In this document: positions 29,589-38,415 of the stretch, in pieces
How positions within the stretch are numbered: the stretch's first letter is position 1
How the letters are laid out: every line of letters starts with the position of its first letter
Origin: a virus
Length of the DNA stretch: 64,000 nt
IMG/VR virus record: IMGVR_UViG_3300042448_000646
Location: 1-64,000 of that record
Direction: 5' to 3' (one strand)
Made by a program: the position numbers and the translations under genes
Notes under the pieces: generated by a model
Databases searched by the model: none
What the model saw: only the letters and a program-made list of their open reading frames with translations
What the model was told of the DNA's origin: nothing

Positions 29589-30530
29589 ATGAAAGGACAA
29601 GAATTAGCACGCGGAACTAAGGTTATCAAACCTCACCGTAAAGAACCTGCAAACTCAAGGAGTTTGGAAGGTTCATTGTACAGGGAAGGATTTAATTTTA
29701 TCCCAGGTACATCAAAGAAATTTTACCCACGTGTTGACTCACGAGGAGTAATTAGAACAGGATTAGATGAGAACGCAATGAAATTGCGAGCTGTTGAAGA
29801 TCCTGAAGTTAGAGAGCAAGAGATGCAACGTATTAAGTCTCTAAAAACTTACTACGAATCTATTTTAGATGAATCTCTTGAACCTACAAGTACGTTCTAT
29901 GACGAAATAAAAGAAAATGGGTACACCCTAGAAGACCATGATAATATCTTCAATCTAGAGAATCCTCGTGATGCAATTAACTTTTTTTGGTTGCTTGAAA
30001 CGGATATGATTGCTCATAGTATAGAAGATCTTGAAACTGGTAAGATGGATGGTTCAGTTGTACGTTTTTATGTACACGATGGTGAAGTAGAATCTAAAAC
30101 TGCTTTTGAGCGTAAGAAGAGAATTAATAGTGCTATTGCTGCATTAGATAAAATGACTTCAGTAAAACGTAAAAAAGTACAAAAGCTTTTAGGTTTAGGA
30201 TTAGCTGGAGATTCTAGCGAAGAAGATGTGTATAATGCTCTTGATGAGTATTTGCATATTCCTGCTACTGCACTTGACCAAGACCCTATTAATGCGTTTA
30301 CAAAAATTATAAACTATACTGATGAGACTCTAGCAATTAAGAGTTTAATCCGTGAGTTGATTGATTATAACGTAATAAGAGTTAAAGGTTCTATCGTATA
30401 TGAAGGTGAACACATTTGGGCTAAGTCAGTAGAAGAATTAGAACTTCTATTGGTAGATCCTAAAAATAGTGAAATATACGATGCCTTTAAAGACAAAGTA
30501 AAAAATAAAATGAAACTATCCATTATCTAA
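29589..30530 (+). CDS. Conserved crAss-like protein downstream of the capsid gene
   Basis: 313 aa in the conserved head-block position; FNLENPRD motif. Confidence 0.7.
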   Translation: MKGQELARGTKVIKPHRKEPANSRSLEGSLYREGFNFIPGTSKKFYPRVDSRGVIRTGLDENAMKLRAVEDPEVREQEMQRIKSLKTYYESILDESLEPTSTFYDEIKENGYTLEDHDNIFNLENPRDAINFFWLLETDMIAHSIEDLETGKMDGSVVRFYVHDGEVESKTAFERKKRINSAIAALDKMTSVKRKKVQKLLGLGLAGDSSEEDVYNALDEYLHIPATALDQDPINAFTKIINYTDETLAIKSLIRELIDYNVIRVKGSIVYEGEHIWAKSVEELELLLVDPKNSEIYDAFKDKVKNKMKLSII

Positions 30531-30539
30531 TAACTAAAG

Positions 30540-31256
30540 ATGATACCAGTAGAAGAGTTGATATACGAGTTTAAGTTAAACTTAAATAAGATGGACAGGC
30601 AAGACAATGTGCAAGTCCCTCTGGAAGATATTTTAGTTTTCTTAAATCAAGCTCAACTGTCTTGGGTAAAATCTAAAGTAGGAGAAAATAACATTTTCAG
30701 AGATGGGTACGAAGGGACAAGAAAGAGAATTGATGATTTACAAATATTGAAAATTGACAACGCCTCTTTACCACTACAAAAAACAACAGACGTTCTTTAT
30801 AAAGGTTACAAAGCTGACTTAAAAACTATTCCAAACTACATGATGTACGTCATGTCTCATGTAGGTGCAAGGAAAGAAGATTGTAAGGCAGGTTTAACAG
30901 TAGATTTAATAAGACAAAACGATCTGTCAACATTATACTTTGATGCAAACTTTAGCCCCTCCTATGAATGGAGAACAACCTTAGGGACTATAGGCCAAGA
31001 TAACATCACAGTATACACTGACGATACGTTTGAAATTGAGAATCTTTATCTTACTTATCTTAGATATCCAAAGCCAATTGATTCAGATGGCTACATCAAA
31101 ATAGATGGATTGGATTCGAGTAATCAAGACTGTGAACTTCCTTACTATGCTAAAGCAGATATTCTGAATTTAGCTACTAAGTTTGCCGCACAATCAGTAG
31201 ACAATCAAGCTCAATCAACCTTTGCAGAGGACAGAAGTGTTAAAAACTCAGAATAA
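30540..31256 (+). CDS. Tail ring / head-tail connector protein
   Basis: ILVFLNQAQ...RIDDLQIL...YLTYLRYP...CELP, the pattern of crAss-type ring proteins. Confidence 0.7.
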   Translation: MIPVEELIYEFKLNLNKMDRQDNVQVPLEDILVFLNQAQLSWVKSKVGENNIFRDGYEGTRKRIDDLQILKIDNASLPLQKTTDVLYKGYKADLKTIPNYMMYVMSHVGARKEDCKAGLTVDLIRQNDLSTLYFDANFSPSYEWRTTLGTIGQDNITVYTDDTFEIENLYLTYLRYPKPIDSDGYIKIDGLDSSNQDCELPYYAKADILNLATKFAAQSVDNQAQSTFAEDRSVKNSE

Positions 31257-31273
31257 ACTAAAAATATAAAAAA

Positions 31274-32659
31274 ATGAACTACGATTTCACCCAAGTATTT
31301 GTTGCAACAAACAAATACGTAACAACTGGAAACGGATTCGATGCACTAGCTGCTCGTACTCTCGGCGTATTTACTCCTACTTATGTGTCAGGTACTGACC
31401 GTTTAGTAGGCTATCAATCTGTAGCTTATAGCTCAGGTGCTCCTACACCATCAGCAACTCAACCTTTTAAAGAGATTATTGTTGCTGTTGGAAATGCTAC
31501 TACCTTCCCTTCAAGCAAATTCGGAAGTTTCAAAACTCCTGTGATTCGTAAAGGTAAAGTAACTCAAGTATCTTATGTAGCTGCTGACGCAACTGCTGCT
31601 GCACAACAAATTACTTTTATCGGTTACGATGAAATTACAGCTACTAAAACTCCTTCTTTTGGTTGTGACGAAGAGTACGTTGTAACTTTCAAAATTGATG
31701 AGTATTGGTCTAAAGGTGTGTTTCAACCTTTGATTCAAGAGTCAGTTCGTGTTAAAACTACTAATTGCACAGAGTGTGGTGGTGGTTGCGATTCTTTGAA
31801 CTGTTGGTCTTTTATGGAAGAGTTGAAAGACAAAATCAACACTAATCCACTTTTAAGTAAGTATGTAACTGCTACTCATTCAATTGTAGGTAGTGCTCCA
31901 ACTTTCCGTTATGTATTGAACGTACCTGATATCGGGGATTCAACTGCAGAAGCTGGATTGTTGACTGCATTGCAGGCTTACTATCCTTCTGGAACTTACG
32001 GTACTATCACTGAAACCAACACTGAAGATGCTGACTCTTTAGGTCAAATCTTCTTTATCATTGCTACTCCTGTGGTTGCAATTGGTGACATGCCTACTTA
32101 CAATGGTATTGCTTGGGAAAAACAATTAGTATCTGCTAGTTCAGTAACTGCTTGTGGTATCAAAGTAACAGGTAAAGCTATGGATGCTTTTGGAAACGCT
32201 TGTGTTCCTGATGCAGTTCCTTATGTATTCAATTTGGTTAAATTCCAAGTTAAAGTACACAGAGGTCCATTTAACTCTCAAGATTTTGACATCGATGATG
32301 TACAAACTCCTTGGTATGTTACTACTGTTCAAAACATCCGTTATGCTATTGGACAAGGTTCTGCTATGGCTGAGCTAGAGCGTCATTACTTCCGCAATAA
32401 CTTGCCTAACGTAGCTGAGTCTGTTTACTATTGGAATCCAATTTACAACGAAGATGTAAACCAATTCTTGTTTGTAAACAGTACTTTGTTGTACAACGTA
32501 CTTTCTATTAAATTCTTGGATGATGCTCCTGTAGGATTTGAGAAGAAGTCTACTAATAGCCATGAAGTCTTGGTTATGGTTGACACAAGTAGCGAGACTT
32601 CAAACGGAGTTATTGGAACTGCCAACGTATTGGCTTTCTTTAACTACTTTGCTGCCTAA
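31274..32659 (+). CDS. Abundant structural protein (auxiliary capsid-like)
   Basis: High-expression codon bias like the capsid gene, followed by a terminator; CTECGGGC motif. Confidence 0.6.
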   Translation: MNYDFTQVFVATNKYVTTGNGFDALAARTLGVFTPTYVSGTDRLVGYQSVAYSSGAPTPSATQPFKEIIVAVGNATTFPSSKFGSFKTPVIRKGKVTQVSYVAADATAAAQQITFIGYDEITATKTPSFGCDEEYVVTFKIDEYWSKGVFQPLIQESVRVKTTNCTECGGGCDSLNCWSFMEELKDKINTNPLLSKYVTATHSIVGSAPTFRYVLNVPDIGDSTAEAGLLTALQAYYPSGTYGTITETNTEDADSLGQIFFIIATPVVAIGDMPTYNGIAWEKQLVSASSVTACGIKVTGKAMDAFGNACVPDAVPYVFNLVKFQVKVHRGPFNSQDFDIDDVQTPWYVTTVQNIRYAIGQGSAMAELERHYFRNNLPNVAESVYYWNPIYNEDVNQFLFVNSTLLYNVLSIKFLDDAPVGFEKKSTNSHEVLVMVDTSSETSNGVIGTANVLAFFNYFAA

Positions 32660-32669
32660 CATTTAATTT

Positions 32670-32697
32670 GGGGGGACTGAACTCCCCCCTTTTTTTA
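32670..32697 (+). terminator. Intrinsic terminator
   Basis: GGGGGGA-CTGAAC-TCCCCCC followed by T7. Confidence 0.8.
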
Positions 32698-32717
32698 ACT
32701 CTTTAAAAACTAAAAAA

Positions 32718-33191
32718 ATGGCAAAAGATATTATCCTAAAAACAGGAACCTACTTACAGACTGTCACTAATAAAGACATTGCTTCTGGTAAGATTCCTGG
32801 TGCTTCTTTGGAAAAGTTCGTTGTGAACTTACTTAAGAGTCCTACATGTTGTGTTAAGTATGTAGCTTTAAGTAAAGCAAACTATACTCAGTTAACTTCA
32901 TTAACTACTACAGTAGCAACAACTACTCCTGCAGGGGAAATTACTCCGTTCAGTACTTTAACTACTGGAGCTGGTTTAGCTGAAACTGGATTTAGTGTAA
33001 CAAATTCTTTTGTTACTGTTGATTCAATTATTTTGGCTAACGTTACTGACTACTCTGCTACTCACGGAACTTCAGGTCTTCCACAAGTAATTGTAGATGA
33101 CATTGCTGCAGGTTCTTTTAAACTAATTATAGTAAATGGAGGAGCTAACGCTCTTGCTGGTACTATAAAAATTGGTTACACAATTTTCTAA
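32718..33191 (+). CDS. Structural protein (head decoration/fibre-like)
   Basis: T-rich beta domain FSVTNSFVTVDSII...AGSFKLIIVN...GTIKIGY; flanked by terminators. Confidence 0.55.
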   Translation: MAKDIILKTGTYLQTVTNKDIASGKIPGASLEKFVVNLLKSPTCCVKYVALSKANYTQLTSLTTTVATTTPAGEITPFSTLTTGAGLAETGFSVTNSFVTVDSIILANVTDYSATHGTSGLPQVIVDDIAAGSFKLIIVNGGANALAGTIKIGYTIF

Positions 33192-33195
33192 TTAT

Positions 33196-33220
33196 AGGGG
33201 AGAGAAATCTCCCCTTTTAT
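33196..33220 (+). terminator. Intrinsic terminator
   Basis: AGGGGAGA-GAAA-TCTCCCCT followed by TTT. Confidence 0.8.
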
Positions 33221-33230
33221 TATAATCCAC

Positions 33231-33740
33231 ATGGCTGACTTACAGAGAAATATAGAAGTTTTAAAGGCAAAAGATTGTTCTTATTTGTCTATTTTAGATA
33301 CATCAGTATATCCTATTGCTCCTACTGAAGCAAACGTTCAGATTATCGTCCCTGGTTACGATACAGGTTTTGAGTTTGAGTTTATCTTGAATGAGGTAAA
33401 CGTATATAACTCTTACTCTTTTGGATTTACCACTAGCGCTACTACAGGTTTTACTGAGTTGCCTGATGGTTTATATACTTTGAATTTAACTACTTGCCCT
33501 GACACAGGAATATGTACTAGATACCACCTACGCACGTGTAGGATTGATTGTAGACTTGCTGTACAATGGGCTAAGTACGCACAAGATTGTGAAGATGAAA
33601 AGATTCTTTACTTCCTTGATAAGATAGAGTTTCTTCTTAGAGGTGGAGAAGCTAATGCAGATTTATGTAACTATAATAAAGCAATTGAACTTTATAGAAA
33701 AGCAGATGACATACTTAGAAGATTTGAACTTGACTGTTAA
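33231..33740 (+). CDS. Putative tail hub protein
   Basis: LPDGLYTL and IEFLLRGGEANA...AIELYRKA; Cys-rich; lies in the tail block. Confidence 0.55.
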   Translation: MADLQRNIEVLKAKDCSYLSILDTSVYPIAPTEANVQIIVPGYDTGFEFEFILNEVNVYNSYSFGFTTSATTGFTELPDGLYTLNLTTCPDTGICTRYHLRTCRIDCRLAVQWAKYAQDCEDEKILYFLDKIEFLLRGGEANADLCNYNKAIELYRKADDILRRFELDC

Positions 33741-33894
33741 GAAGAAACTTGCTATGGCTGCCGTTAAAGAAATGCAGCATATCAAGTATTTAACAAAACC
33801 ATACTACAAAAAGTCTAGGAAATACATGCGTTTTTTAAAATTAGCGCATTGTTTAGATTGTGTAGATACAGCTAACCTTAAAATTAAACTATAA
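33706..33894 (+). CDS. Small hypothetical protein
   Basis: Likely start at the ATG at 33706 (MTYLEDLNL...HCLDC); fills the intergenic gap. Confidence 0.45.
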   Translation: MTYLEDLNLTVKKKLAMAAVKEMQHIKYLTKPYYKKSRKYMRFLKLAHCLDCVDTANLKIKL

Positions 33895-33905
33895 ATAATA
33901 ACAAA

Positions 33906-34457
33906 ATGGCACATAACGCATACAAACCTTGCTGCGAACCTAACAACTGCGGAGAAATTATCCCTTCAAAGTGTGTTAAGTATACTGGGACTCCTACTAC
34001 AAATGGTCCTATCGATACTGAGTTTACTTGTACTCCCTATCTAAATGATGTTATTAATTTATTCGATGACAACTTTAAAGATATTATTGAAAAAATTGGA
34101 ATTAGCAAAACTGCACTTGACGGTGCTAACTCTTCTTGCGGTCTTAACTTGGTTAATACTGGTGCTCTTACGACATATACTGTTAATGATACTCGCTATG
34201 TTCAAAGTGAAGTAGTAGTACAACTTTTAAATGTGGTTTGTGCCTTACAAAAACAAGTTAATTATCTTAAAAATGAAAATGCCGCTACTGATAGTGGCAA
34301 CGTTTTTTGGATGGATTTGCCTTTAGACCAGGATTTTAAAACTTGGTTGACTGTAAATGGGCAATGTATTTTAACTGAGCCTTGTGTACCTGCAGGTGGG
34401 ATAACAACCTTGCGTGGGTTACTTCAAGCTATGATAACTAAAATTTGTAATCCTTAA
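33906..34457 (+). CDS. Cys-rich tail/fibre-associated protein
   Basis: N-terminal C..C.E.I.SKCVKYTG, paralogous to the N-terminus of the next gene. Confidence 0.65.
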   Translation: MAHNAYKPCCEPNNCGEIIPSKCVKYTGTPTTNGPIDTEFTCTPYLNDVINLFDDNFKDIIEKIGISKTALDGANSSCGLNLVNTGALTTYTVNDTRYVQSEVVVQLLNVVCALQKQVNYLKNENAATDSGNVFWMDLPLDQDFKTWLTVNGQCILTEPCVPAGGITTLRGLLQAMITKICNP

Positions 34458-34472
34458 TTAATTTAAACTATA

Positions 34473-36398
34473 ATGACTAATTGTCTTGACTGTTACGGCA
34501 CAAACATAATTGAACCTTGTGCAGAAGTAGGTTGTCTTTCCACTAACTACGGAAAGTGTATAACCTATTCTGGCGCTGGTTTATATTGTTCAGTAGGCCC
34601 AATTAATACCTTTACCTTTTCAGGTACTGCTGTTGCTATTACACCTGCTGTTACAGTAGTTGTAGCAGCTACTGGAGGTACTGGATCGGGAGCTACCTTT
34701 AGTGTGACTAGAGGCCCTGCTTCAACTAGTTATACTGTTTCTATTGTAAATAAAGGAAGTGGTTATACAGTAGGAGATACTCTAACTATTGTAGGAGCTT
34801 CTTTAGGAGGAGCTACTACAGCTAACAACTTGACGATTTCAGTAGCTACTTTATCTGCTATCATTGATAGTACTTATACAGTAGATGCAGCTATTAAGAA
34901 TCTACATGATCGTCTCTGCAGCTTAACTCCTGTTGGTCTTTTATATACTGGATTTAACTATAGTTGTCTTAGAGTTGGGGGTAACTTAGCATCTACAGGT
35001 TCTGTTATCACAACAGCACAAGGATTTGCTGAAGCTGCTTCTGCTGCTTTGTGTTCTTTGAACACTCGTCTAATAGCAGTAGAAACTCCTACGTTTACTG
35101 TGCCTGCTTGTGTAACAGGATTGACTTCTGGAACTTCTACTTTAGGAGCAATTCTTACTGAGTATGGTTCTAAGCTTTGTGCCATTGTAAGTGGTTCAGG
35201 AGGTATTACAATTACAGGAGTTACAGTTCCTGGGTCTTGTACTATGACTGCACAACCTTCAGCAACTGCTGCTATTGGTACTTGGTTTGACTGGGTGGTA
35301 GATAACTTCTGTTCAATCACTACGGGATTGAATGCAGCCATTACCTCTACTAACACAAACGTAACTACAATTACTAACTTCTTAGGAAGTACAGTTAGAT
35401 TTAATAACAGTGCCAACTGTTTAACTGCTTTGGGCGGTACTGCAACTGATTCAGCTCATGCTACTATCGGTTACTTAACTACCAAAGTATGTGCAGTAGA
35501 TACAGTGGTTACTGCAATACCTAGTTATATTAAGAATGATAGTGTTGCACTTAACTGGGTAGGTTGTTTTGGATCGGCTCCGTATAGTTATGCTAACACA
35601 GGAACTACAATACAAACTCAATTACAACGTATTGTAGCAGTATTAAATGCAGAAAAAACTACATACTCTGGAGACTTTGTAGTAACTGCAGCAGGTTGTG
35701 GTTCTAAAATTGTTTCTCTAGCAGCAGGTGCAGCATTTTCATGTGCTTCTCTATCTGCTTGTTCTATTGATTCTTTGGGAGATGTAATAGTAACTAGCCC
35801 AGCTAACCCTCACGTACTTTACTATAATGGAACTAACTGGGTTAACAAGAACATCAACGCATTAGTTACACTTTCAAGTACTGACTTGAGTGTGGGTGTT
35901 ACTGCAACTACAACTGCAGGTAATGTAAACTTTGATTTGAGTGTTACGGGACTTACTGCTACAAGAACTAACCTTACTGCAATTGCGGTTACAGGAGCAA
36001 ACAACACATTTAATGGAGCTTTCCCTACTTCTCCTGGAAGTGGTTACGTACAAGCAACTAAACAAGGCAGTATTGTAACTTTAGCAGGTAGTATTGAACT
36101 AGTAGTAACAAGTGGACTTACTTTAGCTTATGGTACACCAGTGCCTATTGCAACTGTTCCCGCTGGTTTCAGACCTGTAGCAGGACCCATTAGTTTCTTT
36201 ACAAGAGTATTTAAAAAATCAGTTGCTCCATACACAGATCCTGATGGTGCTTTTGATGCAAGAATTACTATTGATACAGGTGGTACTGTGACTCTGATTC
36301 CTTATCCTGTTTACCCTGGATCAAGTTTAATACTTACTGTTGCTGGAAATAAAGTAGAAATATTAGTAGGAGCACACTCGTATAGTATCCTACCATAA
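34473..36398 (+). CDS. Cys-rich tail fibre-like protein
   Basis: KCITYSG N-motif, VSIVNKGSGYTVGDTLTI.G..LGG module, LGDV...VLYYNGTNWVNK and a C-terminal IATVPAGFRP receptor-binding-like domain. Confidence 0.72.
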   Translation: MTNCLDCYGTNIIEPCAEVGCLSTNYGKCITYSGAGLYCSVGPINTFTFSGTAVAITPAVTVVVAATGGTGSGATFSVTRGPASTSYTVSIVNKGSGYTVGDTLTIVGASLGGATTANNLTISVATLSAIIDSTYTVDAAIKNLHDRLCSLTPVGLLYTGFNYSCLRVGGNLASTGSVITTAQGFAEAASAALCSLNTRLIAVETPTFTVPACVTGLTSGTSTLGAILTEYGSKLCAIVSGSGGITITGVTVPGSCTMTAQPSATAAIGTWFDWVVDNFCSITTGLNAAITSTNTNVTTITNFLGSTVRFNNSANCLTALGGTATDSAHATIGYLTTKVCAVDTVVTAIPSYIKNDSVALNWVGCFGSAPYSYANTGTTIQTQLQRIVAVLNAEKTTYSGDFVVTAAGCGSKIVSLAAGAAFSCASLSACSIDSLGDVIVTSPANPHVLYYNGTNWVNKNINALVTLSSTDLSVGVTATTTAGNVNFDLSVTGLTATRTNLTAIAVTGANNTFNGAFPTSPGSGYVQATKQGSIVTLAGSIELVVTSGLTLAYGTPVPIATVPAGFRPVAGPISFFTRVFKKSVAPYTDPDGAFDARITIDTGGTVTLIPYPVYPGSSLILTVAGNKVEILVGAHSYSILP

Positions 36399-36402
36399 GA
36401 TC

Positions 36403-36434
36403 TTGACAGTTTACTTGGGTTGGTTGTCTGTCAA
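36403..36434 (+). other. 3'-UTR hairpin displaying GGGTTGGTTGT in its loop
   Basis: TTGACAG (36403-36409) pairs with CTGTCAA (36428-36434). Confidence 0.45.
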
Positions 36435-36444
36435 AACCCCGAAT

Positions 36445-36470
36445 AGAGCCTAGGCAACTAGGCTCTTTTG
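36445..36470 (+). terminator. Intrinsic terminator
   Basis: AGAGCCTAG-GCAA-CTAGGCTCT followed by TTTG. Confidence 0.8.
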
Positions 36471-36486
36471 GTTTAATTAAAAGTAA

Positions 36487-36517
36487 TTGACATTAGTAAT
36501 ACTTTAAATTATATTTG
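36487..36517 (+). promoter_or_regulatory. Bacteroidota promoter (TTGAC-18-TATATTTG)
   Basis: Consensus match immediately after the terminator and 24 nt before the ATG at 36542. Confidence 0.72.
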
Positions 36518-36541
36518 TATAAAAGTAACTCTACATAAACT

Positions 36542-37171
36542 ATGACAATATCAGATATAATATCCAGAATTAAAATTTCTAATAAATTTATTAGTGACGA
36601 TGATTTCATATCTGATAGGTTTATCTATAATACTCTTAAGAGTAAAGCTAGTGCAGTACTAAGAAGAGAAATTAATCTTCGTAAGTTATTAACTTCTGAT
36701 AACGTTTACAGTGTTTATGAGTGTGTTGAGTTAATTCCTGCACCTGGAGCTGAGTGTGATTTAGGATGTGACATAAGAAGAACTAAGAAAAAGTTACCTA
36801 AGATTGAAGAAGGTTTGTATTCTTACTTTATTCAAGGTGTCTTTAACACATCTAACTCTGAGGAATTGTATCCTACAACTATACGAGATTTTATTAATCA
36901 CACTCGTCTAAGAGTTAAAACCAATAGATCTTACTATACAATTAGAAACGGGTATCTCTATGTCCTTAACCCTGACGTAGAAGCTGTTAATATGTATGCT
37001 TACTTTACTGAACCTATAAACGTAAGTCCTTGTGCTAGTATCTACGAACAAGAGTTTAAGTTTCCAGAGTATCTAATGGATTCTTTACTAGAGTTAACTA
37101 ATCAAAGTTTTATAAATTACCATAAATTACCTATGGAACCATTTAGTGATAACAAAGATGACGCAAGCTAA
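36542..37171 (+). CDS. Tail ring protein
   Basis: ISDRFI...CDIRRTKKKLPKI...YYTIRNGYLY...FPEYL crAss-type ring pattern. Confidence 0.65.
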   Translation: MTISDIISRIKISNKFISDDDFISDRFIYNTLKSKASAVLRREINLRKLLTSDNVYSVYECVELIPAPGAECDLGCDIRRTKKKLPKIEEGLYSYFIQGVFNTSNSEELYPTTIRDFINHTRLRVKTNRSYYTIRNGYLYVLNPDVEAVNMYAYFTEPINVSPCASIYEQEFKFPEYLMDSLLELTNQSFINYHKLPMEPFSDNKDDAS

Positions 37172-37598
37172 AGAAAAGTTGTCTTTGAAGTCAGATGTTA
37201 ATCCTTCTTCTTTAAAAGCTTATAAAAAGTTTTTAAAGGAAACTGGGCGTTCTGAGATTTCTTATGAAAAGTTTAGAACAATCATTGTAAAAGTAAATGA
37301 AAAGGTTTTAGAAAAAGTAATGACAGGCCGTTATAAAATACGGTTTCCTAAAATTGGCTTGTTGTCGCTCATTAAGGTAACTCCTACTAAACTCTTAAAG
37401 AAAATAGATTGGGGTCGGTATCATAAAGATGGAGTATACACAACGTTTAAAAACTACCATACGGATGGTATGATGTACCGAATCTTTTTTTATCTTTACG
37501 AAAGAAAATACCCATACTTTGGGTTCTATAATTTTAGACTAAGCAAACCTAATCAAGTAATGTTAGGACAAAAGATTAAAAATAATGAAATACGATAA
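37146..37598 (+). CDS. IHF/HU-like basic protein
   Basis: Basic; IRFPKIGLLSL...IDW...NYHTDG; occupies the position of IHF-like genes in crAss-like tail blocks. Confidence 0.6.
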   Translation: MITKMTQAKEKLSLKSDVNPSSLKAYKKFLKETGRSEISYEKFRTIIVKVNEKVLEKVMTGRYKIRFPKIGLLSLIKVTPTKLLKKIDWGRYHKDGVYTTFKNYHTDGMMYRIFFYLYERKYPYFGFYNFRLSKPNQVMLGQKIKNNEIR

Positions 37599-38415
37599 CA
37601 TTAATTATATAACTTCTGAGCCTTTAATTGCTGAGGTAAAACAAGAACTAAAGTCTTATTTTGAAGCAGGTGCAATAAGTGAAGTACTTATACCCTCTTT
37701 CATTGACCAAGCATTACGGAAATTAAAGGTCCTAGCACTTCGCCCAGAAGAAGCTATTATTCGTTTTGAAAACTACAAATCAGAATTGCCCAACGATTTC
37801 TATCTACTAGACTACGCATTGTCTTATGAAAGTAATGTATTCTGGGAAACAGGATTGCAGACATACTCTGGTTACTGGTATAAGAATATAGCAGCAAGTT
37901 GTGAGGGATGTTCAGATAACATTGAAACCTTTGAACAAATAAGTGTAGTAGGCCCAGGATATAAAATTTCCTTAAAAGTTCCTAAATGGATTAGAGTTTA
38001 TTTTGATTCATCTTCTTTGTGTGTAGAAGGGTGTGACAACCTAAGAGTAGCTAGCACAGACATTATCAAAATCAATCAGCATAAAAAAGTTAGTGCAAAC
38101 TTTATAGAAGGTTGCGTATACTTAAGATACTTTTCTAGACCTGTAGATGATTATGGCATTCCTATGATTCCTGAAGTTTTAGAAGTGGAAGAATACATCA
38201 AGTCATATTTAAAGTATAAATTTTTTGAACAAATGTGGCATTCTGTAATGGATGAGTCCACAAAACAAGTAACAGACAAACTAACGTATTACAAGAAAGA
38301 ACAACTTGAAAAACTTCAAGCTGCTTATAACTATCTGATGACTAAATCAAAACAACAGATAGCTGATTCTATTGTACGTACTCGTAATCGTTTTAGTAAA
38401 TTCCACATTAGATAA
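37585..38415 (+). CDS. Tail tubular / ring protein
   Basis: KSELPNDF...GCVYLRY...PVDDYGIPMIP...YIKSYLKYK. Confidence 0.7.
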   Translation: MKYDNINYITSEPLIAEVKQELKSYFEAGAISEVLIPSFIDQALRKLKVLALRPEEAIIRFENYKSELPNDFYLLDYALSYESNVFWETGLQTYSGYWYKNIAASCEGCSDNIETFEQISVVGPGYKISLKVPKWIRVYFDSSSLCVEGCDNLRVASTDIIKINQHKKVSANFIEGCVYLRYFSRPVDDYGIPMIPEVLEVEEYIKSYLKYKFFEQMWHSVMDESTKQVTDKLTYYKKEQLEKLQAAYNYLMTKSKQQIADSIVRTRNRFSKFHIR

